NCBI GenBank assembly: GCA_963750165.1
Contig: CAVVPN010000011.1
Span: 1,600,001 to 1,664,000 of the forward strand
DNA from: an uncultured Gemmataceae bacterium
Lineage (GTDB): Bacteria; Planctomycetota; Planctomycetia; Gemmatales; Gemmataceae
Reading direction: 5' to 3'
DNA length: 64,000 nt
Positions within the stretch are counted from its first letter, which is position 1; every line of letters begins with the position of its first letter. Below the pieces are notes generated by a model. That model did no database searches and was not told where the DNA came from. It saw only the letters and a list, made by a program, of their open reading frames with translations. Below, one piece after another: positions 22,301-32,468 of this stretch. The position numbers and the translations under genes are program-made.

Positions 22301-25300
22301 TTACCGCTCCGCCACCGTCTCCGTCACCGCCCCATACGGCCGGAATTTCTCCAGCCGGCCCTGCTCCTCGTTGTAATAGAAGGCCCGGTGCAGCCCGAGC
22401 CGGCTCGCCAGCGGCGAGTCGATCAGCGTGCTGGAGTCGGCGGCGCTCATCTGGAAGAGGACGCGCATTTCCAGTTCGCGCATGGCCTGGCGGTCGAGGC
22501 AGCGCTGCAGGTTGTTCAGCGTGTCGCACCAGACGACCGTGAACACGCCAACCGGCGGCCCTTCGCGCAACAGCGTCACGAACTGCCTGGCGGGGTTCGG
22601 CTTCTCCTCGCCGCGGCGCGAGAAGCCGAAGTCGTCCTCCGCCTTGCGCAGGTCGCGGAAGCGCTGCAGGCCGTTGATGAACAGGAATTGAGGCGGCGCG
22701 TTCATCTCCCCATTCTTGTGCCGCCGGTCCACCTCGGCCGCCAGTTCGCCGATGACCGTGGGCAACTCGCGTGCCCCAGCCAGGAGCACGGGCAGCCCGT
22801 GCAACAGCCGCTCCTCCGCCCCATCGGTCCCGACGTCCGCGGTCAGACCGCCCAGGACATGGAAGCGCAGGCCGCTCTCCGGGGTGCCGTTCGCCAGCAG
22901 CGGCTGGTGCGCGGCCAGACTGAGCAGGGCGCTGGTGAGCAGGTTGGCCGCCGCCTCCGCGTGTTGACCGATCAGCAGCAGGTTGGCCCCGCTCTGGCGG
23001 CGAAACACCGCGGCGGTCGGATCCTTGATGGCGATGGCCTCGCCGAGCCAGGCGACCAGCTCGCCCGGGCGCCGGGCCAGGAATGCCGTTCGCGCAGCTG
23101 CGCCAGCAGCGGATTGTTGGCCAGCTCCGCGGGGGCCGTGCCCTCAAAAACGATCTGCGGCCGGGACGGCGTGTAGCCGCGTTCCCGGGCCAGGTCGCGC
23201 ACATCGCGCAGCGCCTGCTCGTGCTGCGTGTCGGACAGCCAGACGGTCTGGAACAGATGGTTGCCCTCGACCCGGCCGTTGGCGTCGTTGTAAATGGCCT
23301 CACCGGGTCGCTCCAGCAGCCGGGCCGCTCCGTTTTCCTTGCTCAGAATCAGGTGGCCGTCCGTTTCGCTGCACTGCAGGGCGATGCGCACCGCCATCTG
23401 GTCGATGGTGCTGCGGGCCAGGCTGTAGGCGCCGCCCAGCGTCTGCGAGCCCAGCAAGATGTGGATGCCGAACGCCCGACCCTGCCGCACCAGGCGATCC
23501 AGCAGCAGCGCCGCCTCCTGGGCGATCTTGTCGTCCTCGACGAAGAACTCCTGGAACTCGTCCACAACCAGCAGGACGCGCGGCATCGGCGTCGTCGGCT
23601 GCTCGTGTCGATAGGAGCTAAGGTCGTTCACGCCGAGGCCGCGAAACAGTTCGCCGCGCCGCTTTAGCTCGGCGTCGAGCCGTTGCAGCACGCTCAGGCC
23701 GAACTCGCGTTCGCTCTCCACGGCGATGACGCGGGCGTGCGGCAGTGCGTGGACCGCATAGGTCTTGAACTCGACGCCCTTCTTGAAGTCCACCAGATAC
23801 AGCTCGACTTCTTCCGGGCTGTAGTACAGCGCCAGCTGAGTGATGAGCGCGTGCAGCAGCGTGGATTTTCCGGAGCCGGTCTTGCCGGCAATGAGCACGT
23901 GCTGTGAGGTGCCCTGGCCGAGTTGCAAGTATTGCTGCTTGACGGCCCCCGCACGGCCGAGCGGCACACGGAGGCCGTCGCGGCTGTCGGCCGTCCAGCG
24001 CTTCTCCAGCGGCGGCGCCAGCAGATCGAACGGCACCTCCACGCGGCCCGCCGCCTTGGCCTTCTCGCCGACCACGCGCAGCAGGTCCGTCGTGAACTCG
24101 TCCGTGGCCGGCTTTTCCAGCTGCAACGGGAAGCGGCGGTAGTCGTCATCCTCCCAGGCGAAGGCGCCGTTGCGCCAGACCAGCGTCGTGGCCGCTTGCT
24201 CCAGGTCGGCCAGTTGAAAGCCCTGCGGCAGCGGCTGCTTCAGGTCCACCGAGATCAGTGTGTGGATACCGCAGCGGGCGCCGCTCGACGCAATGCTGAC
24301 CAGTCGCCGCGCCGCCTCGGGGCTGAAGTTCACCGGGAAGTTGGCCACAACCACAACACGGTACGGCTCGGCCACCTCGCCGGCCTGCTCGTTGTACTCG
24401 CGCAGCGACTGGAACTGGTTCCGCAGAAATTGCTGGATGACGTTCTCGATGTGGGCCGTCAGGTCGGCCAGGCGCTGCTCAATGTGGGCCGTCTCGGTCC
24501 AGACGCGGCTGGTCACCAGCGACTCGACGTAATCCGCCAGGTGGCCGAAGGCGGCGAAATTCTCGCCGAGGCCAACGGGGTCGAAGATGGTGAAGCGCAC
24601 CTTGCCGGGCGGCAGGGCGGTCAGGTAGCGGAGCATGACCGCTTGCAGCGTCTGCACCGCGACGGCCCGGCCCTCGTCGCAGCCCTTGAGCAGCAGTGAG
24701 CCGTGATCGGGGAAGCCCAGCAGCGCTGACAGCGGCCTGTCCGGAAACTCGATTTTGCGCAGCCGGGGATCGCGCGGCACGCCGTCGGGGATGCGCTCCA
24801 GGCCGGCGCGGATTTCGCCGAAGCGGATGCCCAGCGGCACGGTTTCGGGCGGCTTCCAGGTCTGCCACACGGGATCCGACCAGGCGGGGAACAGGCGTCC
24901 GCAGTCGCGCTCGACCTCCTGCATGACGGCCAGGAACGACGCCAGCCCCGTCTCCCAGCGCAACGTCAACTGCTGCCAGTCGCGCTCGTGCCGGCGGCGG
25001 CTGTCCTCCAGCAGGCGGTCGCGCCGCTGCGTTGCCTGGGCCAGGTGCTCGTCGCGGCGGGTGGTCGCCTTGTCGCGCGTCTGCTGCAACTTCTCCTCCG
25101 TCTGGCGCAGTTCCTGATCGCGACGCTGGACCAGATCGTACAGGCACGGCGGGTATTTTTCCTCCGCCTGGCCCAGATCGCGGTCGCGGCGCTGGGTGCA
25201 ATCCTGGACGCGGCCCTTGTACTTGCGCGTCGCCGTCGCCAGCGCCTCGTCGCGCTTCTCCTTTGCCTCCACCAGTTGGGCGTACTGCCGGGCGGTCGCC

Positions 25301-26178
25301 TGCTCCAGACACTTCGGCTGATACGCCAGCGCGTCCGCCACGACCTGGCGCAGCGGTCGGTAGCGCTCGGTCACTTCGCGCCGGGCCTTGCGGCGCAGCC
25401 AGACGTGCAGCCCGAACGCTGTCAGCGGCACCAGCACGGTCGCCCCGGCCGCCCAGTAATACCACCAGTCAATTCCCCCCTGCAGGAGCAAGAACGCGGG
25501 CCCCGTCAACACCAGCCATGCCAGCACGGACAGGGGCAGATAGCGGCTCTTCTTCACGTACCCCGGCAGGCGGAGTTCGTTCAGCAATTCCAGCTGTTCC
25601 CCGGCGGTCGTGGCGCACTGCTGGATGGCCTTCAACCAGTCCCGCGCCGGCGGCGGCTCGGTCGGTTCGATCTCCGCCAACTCCGACAGGTGCCAGCGGG
25701 CCAGCAAGCGGCCGGCCGACTCGCGGATGGTTTCCAGCTCCTGCAGGGCGGTGCCGACCGCGCGCTGCACCGCGACCAGGCCATCCTTCGCCACCTTCTT
25801 GCCGGCCTCGTAGACGGCGCCAATCGTCCATTTCGCATCCTTGAACTCCGCCTCCGTTTTCTCCTTTTCCCGGTCGAACAACTCCTCGGCCTTCTGGCGG
25901 ACGGCGGCGTACTCGCGGCTCAGGGCGGCGTGCTCCTGCTCGAAGCGCCGCGTGGTCGCCTGCGTGGTTTCCTGGTGCTCCTTCTGGGCGGCGGTCGTCT
26001 CGGCGGCGAACAGCGACTGGATGCGGCGCTGCCCGTCCTGGAACTCGCGCTCGACGGCCTGGGTACGGGCCTGCACGGCCTCCTCGGCGGCGGCCTCGGC
26101 GCGGACACGCTCCGCCACCCACTGCGTCAGCTCCTTGAGGGCGGTGCGCTGGCGATCACTGTAGAGGTGTTTGGACAT
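22301..26178 (-). CDS. FtsK/SpoIIIE-domain ATPase (EssC/EccC-like) with coiled coils and 2 TM; frameshift near 23070
   Basis: HVLIAGKTGSGKS (Walker A), VDFKKGVEF, LLVVDEFQE (Walker B), RQGRAFGIH; degenerate flanking ATPase-like domains; continues in ORF 22301-23008. Confidence 0.85.
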
Positions 26179-26231
26179 GAACTCCTGACCTGCTGAATGC
26201 GCTGTCTCCGCGGCGGCTGTCTTAAAGCGAT

Positions 26232-26312
26232 TGGCCCTCCGGGGTAGCGGAAGTCTGGCGACTTCCGAAGCGACTTCGGAAGTCTGGCGACTTCCGCTAC
26301 CCCGGAGGGCCA
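26232..26312. repeat. GTAG-footed REP doublet, family A copy 1
   Basis: GTAGcggaagtctggcgacttccg...cggaagtctggcgacttccgCTAC inside a longer inverted repeat. Confidence 0.85.
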
Positions 26313-26318
26313 CGCTCT

Positions 26319-26546
26319 CTAATACTCGCCGCCCCCCTGACACTCCTGCCGCAGCCTGCCGATCACCTGCGCCAGCTTCTCCAGCGCCGACAGCGCCTGC
26401 ATCACCCCAGGCTCCAGCTGGTTCCAGTAATCGGCCTCGAACTCGCGGCGCACCGGGTCGTTCCACAGCCGACAGGTTTCGTCCCAGTGCAGCAGCACGG
26501 TCTTCAGGGTGGAGTGCAGCTGGTAACGGCTGGTTTCGAGGCTCAC
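26319..26546 (-). CDS. Small WXG100-like helical protein (W-x-D)
   Basis: 75 aa, central LWNDPVRREF; GTG start overlaps the upstream TGA. Confidence 0.7.
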   Translation of the reverse strand: MSLETSRYQLHSTLKTVLLHWDETCRLWNDPVRREFEADYWNQLEPGVMQALSALEKLAQVIGRLRQECQGGGEY

Positions 26547-27037
26547 GGCTTCGGCCCCTGGTTGCGGGACAGGTACGAATCCAACGACGCCAGTTTCCGC
26601 TCCAGGAACGCGCACGCCCGCGGCAGCGTGCCTTCGAGCATCCCCTTCAACTGCCCGACCGGCCCCTGGTAGTCGAGCACCGCCTGCGGCCACTGTCGCA
26701 ACCAGCGCCGCGTGATCTCCACCTGCTCCTCGGCGTGCTCCAGCCGGGCGACGGCGCGGCGCAGCGCCTTCTCCTGCTCGGTCGTGTCCACCGGCCGGTC
26801 GTCGAAGCTGAGCATCTTGCGGCGCGTCAGCTCCTGTTTGGCCTGGAACACCGCGTCCTCGGCGCGGCGCACCTCCTGCTGCCAGGACTTCAACTGCTCC
26901 TCAAGAAACTCCTCGGTGCGGCGGACCTCGGCGTCGGCGGCGCACAGCGCGTCCGCGGCCTCCTCACCAAAGACAACGAGGGCCGCCCGGAAATCGTTGA
27001 TGGCGTCCACCGCCGTGACACGTGCCGCGTCGCTCAT
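26543..27037 (-). CDS. Coiled-coil protein of the WXG100 cluster
   Basis: 164 aa, heptad-rich; C-terminus FLERKLASLDSYL resembles the WXG100 tail FLLRKAERVEEYL. Confidence 0.75.
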   Translation of the reverse strand: MSDAARVTAVDAINDFRAALVVFGEEAADALCAADAEVRRTEEFLEEQLKSWQQEVRRAEDAVFQAKQELTRRKMLSFDDRPVDTTEQEKALRRAVARLEHAEEQVEITRRWLRQWPQAVLDYQGPVGQLKGMLEGTLPRACAFLERKLASLDSYLSRNQGPKP

Positions 27038-27044
27038 GATGGGC

Positions 27045-27317
27045 CTACCGTTGTTGCAGGTACTCCTCGACCCGTTCGGCCTTGCGGAGCAGGAAGGGGA
27101 TGTGCTGGTCAGCGTTCTCGACGAAGGCCGCCAAAACGTGCATGGTTTCTTCAAAGTCCTGGGCGAATTTCGTGTGCTCCTGGTCGCGCCAGGTGTCGCC
27201 CAGGCCGAGCATCTGGCCGTGCAGCATCGCCATGCGGTCGCGCAGTTCGTTGTTGAACTGCTTCAGCGCCAGCGCGAAGCGCCGCAGTTCGGCCGGATCG
27301 ACTACCGCTTGTGCCAT
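27045..27317 (-). CDS. WXG100/ESAT-6 family protein
   Basis: 90 aa, VDPAELRRFA..L, central GDTWRD motif, helix-turn-helix pattern. Confidence 0.85.
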   Translation of the reverse strand: MAQAVVDPAELRRFALALKQFNNELRDRMAMLHGQMLGLGDTWRDQEHTKFAQDFEETMHVLAAFVENADQHIPFLLRKAERVEEYLQQR

Positions 27318-27494
27318 GAACCCCTCGCTGTGCCGTGAGCCCTGGTTGCCGGGGCGACTACCCCTCCATTGTTGCGACCGGGGCCGATGGCTTCAAGGAC
27401 AAAGGGCGGCCGGGCCCTCTCCCGCGCCGTATCGTGACGGACGGCCCCAGGAACCGTTACCCGGATCGGCAGCGCTCCCACCGAGACCAAGCGC

Positions 27495-30014
27495 ATGAAC
27501 TACACGCAGCAAATGGCCTGGATCAAGTTGCGCGAAACGCAGCGGCAGCGCGACCGGCTGCAACAACAGTATGACGCCATCGAGCAGCGCGTGGCCCGTG
27601 CCGACTCCACGCTGGACCGGCTGCGGGCACTGTACCAGGGGCTGCGCGAGGTGACCTTCGCCCAGAAGGCGCTGCACCCGGAGGTCCGCCAGCTCGACGC
27701 GCTGTACCTGGCCGACGAACTGGGCGAAGTGCCGCCGGAACTCGTCGCCGACCGGACCCGGTTTCTGGAGCGCGAGCTGGCGCAGGGCCGCATGCGCGCC
27801 GAATTCACCTACGCCTTCGGCCGCATCCTCAGCGAATGGACCGGCCGCGGCGCCGGCGAAGCCGCGGCGCTGGCGGAGCCGGCGGAGGACCCGTTTGCCC
27901 CGATGTGGGGGCCGCCGCCCGCCCTCGACCACACCTGGCTGCGACTCGCGTTCGAGGCACTGGGCGAAGTCCTCCGGCCGATCACCGCCGCGGTCGAAAC
28001 CTTCGCGCGGACCGACGCCCTCGCCCCCGTGCGGACTGACGAGATCCCGCCGGTCCTGGCCCGGCTGGCCGCCGACCCGTACCTCACACCGGCGCTCCGC
28101 CGCCAGGCCGCCGAGGCGCAACGCAGCGGCACCCAGCTCACCGAACTGACCGGCGTCGCCACCATCCTGCTCAACAGCCTCGACGAGTGGGACTGGCCCG
28201 AACCGGGCCCGGCGCTGCGCGCGGTCTGGGTCCGCGTCAAGCACCGGCCGTACCTCGATGAGGATTTGCTCACCGCCCTGTTCCTGGAGATCGTCGGACT
28301 GCGCTGGGCCCGGAAGTTCGAGGAGCTGCTCTGCTGGAAGGACCTCCGCGAAGGCCGCGAACCGTTCTTCCGGCCGGAGCCGGCGGGTTCGCTCACGGCG
28401 GAGATCGCGGCCGAGCGACTGCGGCAGCAGGCCGAGCGCTTCCTGGCCAGCCTGCCCACCGCCCAGGACCCGCACGCCAACTACAACGCTTACACCCTGC
28501 TGGACCTGCTCCTGACGGTCGAAAAAGAAATCCGCTTCGCCCAGGCGGCCTACCCCGACCGGCCGTTGTTCGTGGCCCAGGCGGACCTGCGCGACTATTA
28601 CCCCTCGCTGTCCCACGAACTGATTCTGGAGGTGCTGCGCCGGCTCGGCGTCCCCGAGCGCTGGCGGTCGTTCTTCGGCAAGTTCCTGCGCCTGCGCGTG
28701 CGCTACCGCGGTGAGACGCGGCCACTCCGCCACGGTCTGCCGCTGGACCACGCCTTGACCGACCTGTTCGGCGATTGCGTGTTGTGGGTTCTCGACCTGC
28801 ACGTCTACCGGCAAACGGGCGTGCAGCTCCTGCGCACCGTCGATGACATGTTCTTCCTCACCGACTCCGCGGAGCAGGTACGGGCCGTGTGGGACACGAT
28901 TCAGGCGTTTTGCCGGGCGTGCGGCCTCGCGGTCAACGAAGCGAAATCCGGGGCGGTTCACCTGGGCGGTCGGCCGGGGGAAGGGATCGCGGGGCTGCCG
29001 CCGGGCGGGCCGCGCTGGGGGCTGCTACGTCTGCAGCCGGACGGCTCCTGGGAGGTGGACGAGGCGGCCCTGGGGCAACTGGAGGAGACGCTCCGCCGCG
29101 AGGCGGCCGCGAGCCGGTCCGTGCTGTCGCTGGTGGCGCGTTACAACAGTTACCTGCAATACATCCTCGGCCAACTGGCTCTGCCGGTGACGCTGCGCGG
29201 CGATCACCTGCGCCGCGTCGGCCGCCGGCTCAACCGAATGCACGAGGGGCTGTTCGGGCCGCGGGACGGGCTGGTTGAGGAGGTGGGCCGTCGGCTGCGC
29301 GACTGCTTCGCCGACGCCCGGCTCAAGGAGCGCGGCCTGCCGCACGCGCTGCTGTACTGGCCGATCACCGCCGGTGGCCTGGCGCTGGCGCACCCGCTAC
29401 TGCACGTCGCCTCGTACCTCAACGGCCACAAACAGTGGCAGGGGCCGCGACCGCCGCGGCGTGAGGAAGTCGCCGCCTACCTGTGGGGCCGCCAGGCGGA
29501 CGCGCGCAAATCGCCGCTGGCGGGACCGGAACGGGCCAGGTTGACTGCCCCCGACGACGAGGCGCACGTCGCCTACTGGCGCAGGGTGGTGGAGCAGTAC
29601 CAGCGTGCCCGGCTCCAGGGGACCGACCGGGACCTGCCGGAACAGGAGGAAGTGGACGTGGCCCTGGCGTGGGCGTGGGCCTGGTACTACGCGATCGCCG
29701 TGGGCGTGACCAATCCCACCGGGCCGCCAACGCTGGACGCGATGGAACAGCTCGTCAAGGACTTCATCGAGCGCGGCAGCGAGGTGTCCGGCCGCGGCCA
29801 GGTCAGCCTCAGCTCGTACTGGCGCTGGGTGGTCTACACCTACGGGCCGTCACTGCTGGAGGCACTGGGCACGTTCCGCTTCCTGCTCACCGAACTGGTG
29901 CCGCTGCAGCTCATCTTGGAGAATCGTGGCCTGGCGGCGCCGGCGGAATCGGTGGAGCCCGAACCGCCGTCAGTGCCTTCCCCGGGAGTGCAACCTGGCG
30001 AAATCCCGTTCTGA
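27495..30014 (+). CDS. rvt: rvt-class (cellular, non-mobile) reverse transcriptase
   Basis: RT motifs QADLRDYYPSLSH, HGLPLDHALTDLFG, LRTVDDMFF, GLAVNEAKSG; rvt-type extensions FGRILSEW, WDW, LDEDLLTALFL..VG.RW, RWGLL.L, YWPITAGGL.L..P, YWRWVVYTY. Confidence 0.85.
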   Translation: MNYTQQMAWIKLRETQRQRDRLQQQYDAIEQRVARADSTLDRLRALYQGLREVTFAQKALHPEVRQLDALYLADELGEVPPELVADRTRFLERELAQGRMRAEFTYAFGRILSEWTGRGAGEAAALAEPAEDPFAPMWGPPPALDHTWLRLAFEALGEVLRPITAAVETFARTDALAPVRTDEIPPVLARLAADPYLTPALRRQAAEAQRSGTQLTELTGVATILLNSLDEWDWPEPGPALRAVWVRVKHRPYLDEDLLTALFLEIVGLRWARKFEELLCWKDLREGREPFFRPEPAGSLTAEIAAERLRQQAERFLASLPTAQDPHANYNAYTLLDLLLTVEKEIRFAQAAYPDRPLFVAQADLRDYYPSLSHELILEVLRRLGVPERWRSFFGKFLRLRVRYRGETRPLRHGLPLDHALTDLFGDCVLWVLDLHVYRQTGVQLLRTVDDMFFLTDSAEQVRAVWDTIQAFCRACGLAVNEAKSGAVHLGGRPGEGIAGLPPGGPRWGLLRLQPDGSWEVDEAALGQLEETLRREAAASRSVLSLVARYNSYLQYILGQLALPVTLRGDHLRRVGRRLNRMHEGLFGPRDGLVEEVGRRLRDCFADARLKERGLPHALLYWPITAGGLALAHPLLHVASYLNGHKQWQGPRPPRREEVAAYLWGRQADARKSPLAGPERARLTAPDDEAHVAYWRRVVEQYQRARLQGTDRDLPEQEEVDVALAWAWAWYYAIAVGVTNPTGPPTLDAMEQLVKDFIERGSEVSGRGQVSLSSYWRWVVYTYGPSLLEALGTFRFLLTELVPLQLILENRGLAAPAESVEPEPPSVPSPGVQPGEIPF

Positions 30015-30025
30015 TGGCGTCTCTC

Positions 30026-30847
30026 TCACGGCACTCGCGTCGGCCGGACTCCCGCTTTCTGGAACACGGGTTCCAGGCGCTTCGACAACTCGGCGAGGTG
30101 ATGGCTCGGCACGCCCGGGTAGAGGTGATGTTCGAGGTGGTACGTCAGCTCCAGGAACAGCGCGGGAATGATCCATCCCCGGAGGGTGCCGGTCTGGTGC
30201 AACGGATGGTCCCCGTAGCCGTGGTGTGGCAGGTAAACCGTCAACAGCGGATAGACCCAGCTGCCGACCAGGACCAGCCCCGCATACGCGCCGACTGCCT
30301 TTGTCCACGGCCAGCACAGGGCGCCGGCTACCATCACCCCCAGACACCAGCCCGCCTCCAGCAGCAGCCAGCACTGTTGCGGCCGGTTGCCGCGCTGCCG
30401 GCGATACGCCCAGACCCACAAACGCGGCAGAAAAACCACGCCGTAAAGCACTGCCTGACCAAAACGCATCCGGGCCGGGGCGCCCTCGGGGTCGTCCGCG
30501 CCGGGGAAAACCTGATGATGGCGGAGGTGCGTGCAGCGGTAAGCATGGCCACTTTCCAGCAGCACCGCGCCCAAAACGAACAGCCACCAGTCGGTCGCCC
30601 GCGCCCCCAGTCCCAGGCTGCCGTGAACCACGTCATGCGTCGCCGTCACCACGGCCACGAAAAGCAAAAACACCACCAACGGCGTCAGCCACCACAATTC
30701 CCAGTACGCAACCGCCGCGTAAACCGCCAACAGCACTAACGGTCGGGTCAGGGCCAGCCGCCGCTGTCGGGCACTGGTCGTGAGCAGATCGGTTCCCAGA
30801 GCGGCCAGGGGCGGCAATGCCGGGTCAACGCTGTTCGGCCGCGTCAT
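30026..30847 (-). CDS. Membrane fatty-acid-desaturase family di-iron enzyme (possibly carotenoid hydroxylase)
   Basis: His boxes HDVVH, HLRHH, HLEHH; TM segments. Confidence 0.85.
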   Translation of the reverse strand: MTRPNSVDPALPPLAALGTDLLTTSARQRRLALTRPLVLLAVYAAVAYWELWWLTPLVVFLLFVAVVTATHDVVHGSLGLGARATDWWLFVLGAVLLESGHAYRCTHLRHHQVFPGADDPEGAPARMRFGQAVLYGVVFLPRLWVWAYRRQRGNRPQQCWLLLEAGWCLGVMVAGALCWPWTKAVGAYAGLVLVGSWVYPLLTVYLPHHGYGDHPLHQTGTLRGWIIPALFLELTYHLEHHLYPGVPSHHLAELSKRLEPVFQKAGVRPTRVP

Positions 30848-32392
30848 GGCAGACCTCCTGAGTCGGCAGCGGAGCCGCGGACGCCCCGTGGAATCGGCTC
30901 CGCCGCGCTCCGCCGCGACGGGCCCGGTTGAGCACCAGTTCGGCGACGATGCGGCTGCCCAGCACACAGGCAACGGTCCCCAGCCCCGGCCAGGTCGAAT
31001 CGCCGACCAGGTAAAAGCCGGGAATGCCCAGGTCATGCGACAGGGCGTTCTGATTGGTGTTGGCCAGCGTTTGCCGCACCCCGCCGACCGCCCCGCCGGG
31101 CCGGGAAGTGAAGCGCTCGTAAGTGCGCGGCGTGCCCACCTGCCAGATCGCCACATGCCGGCCCAGTTCGGGATACACCCGACGCGCGTACTCCACCAGT
31201 TGCCGCCCGACGGTTTCCTTGCGCCGCTGATATTCCTCCTCCGGGAGTCCTTGCCACTCCTCCAGGTCGCAGTGTGTCGAAATCATGACGGCACGCCAAC
31301 CCGCCGGCGCGCTCTCGGTGTCACCGGGAGCGGACACCGACACGAACATGTTGTTGCCGTTTCCCAGGGGCTGCTCGTAACTCTGGAGCAGCTGGTGGTG
31401 CGTGAGGGCCTGGCCCGCGACCTCTGCTTCGGGCACGCCCAGGAACACGACGACGGCCCCGCCCAGGCTGCCGGCGTCTCGGCGCAAGACTGGACGCAGC
31501 GCCTCGCCGACGGCGGGCGGTCCGAGTTGCGCTGCCAGGGACGCCGGCAGCGCACAGACTACCTGGTGGGCGGGAAAGCAGCCGCGCCGCGTATCAACCA
31601 GATAATTGCCATCGGTTGTCGATTTAATACCGAGTACCCGGCAGCCGACGCGCAGGACGCCGCCGAGCCGGCGATAATGAGCCGCGAAGCGCTTCCAGAA
31701 CCCGTACATGCCGCCCCGGGGCCGCGTCAGGCCCGCCCCGCGAATGGTGATGCCGAGCGCTCCGTTGATCAGCGGGGCCTGGTCGAGCCGGCCGTGGACG
31801 GTGTCTTCCAGCAGCATCGCGAGCAATCCGCAGAGCGGGCGGTCGCCGCGCAACCCGAACCGCCGTAGCGTGTCGCCCACGGTGCGATTCAAAAAGCGCA
31901 CCAGGGGCCAGTGACGCGGGGCCAACGTCCGCGCCGCGCGCAGGAAATCGCTCCACGTTCGGCACGGCAGCTTGACGCCGGCTCGACTGCTTTTCCAGAA
32001 CACGTCCGCCAGGTGATCGAGCAACGCCCAGAAGGCGCGGTGCGCCGCCGTGTCGCCCAGCGTGCGCAACCGTTCGACCGACCAGGCGTCCGGTTGGCGG
32101 TACAGGGTGACGCAGCGGTCGGGCAACCAGGCACGATAACCGGGCAAGGTTTCGCCGTCGAAGGGAGGCATGCCGCTGCGCGCAGGAGTTCGCCGCCCAC
32201 GCCGTCGGGTTCGAAATCAACCAGGGTGGTCGCGCCCACGTCAAAGGCAAAGCCGTTGCGCCGAAAGAAGCCCGCACAACCGCCGGGCTGGCCGTGGGCC
32301 TCGAACACAATGGTATCGAGGCCATGCGCCTGCAAGCGGGCGGCGGTCGCCATGCCGGCAATGCCGCCACCCACGATCGCGACATCGTGCAT
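30825..32392 (-). CDS. Phytoene desaturase / CrtD-like FAD oxidoreductase; frameshift near 32175
   Basis: DVAIVGGGIAG, PGGCAGFFRR.GF.FDVGAT, GGM, TPRTYERFT, YLVGDSTWPGLG. Confidence 0.85.
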
Positions 32393-32468
32393 GGCCGGGT
32401 TTCCTGGGAAGGAGGGGATCGGGTTGTCAAGAAGCAGACCGCAGGAAGACACGAGGAGTTAACTGAAG

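Noticed and set aside
27318..27494. Retron msr/msd or group II intron RNA upstream of the RT
   Set aside because: No convincing a1/a2 inverted repeat or intron ends; the RT lacks the VTG motif and the maturase domain. A small ncRNA cannot be excluded.
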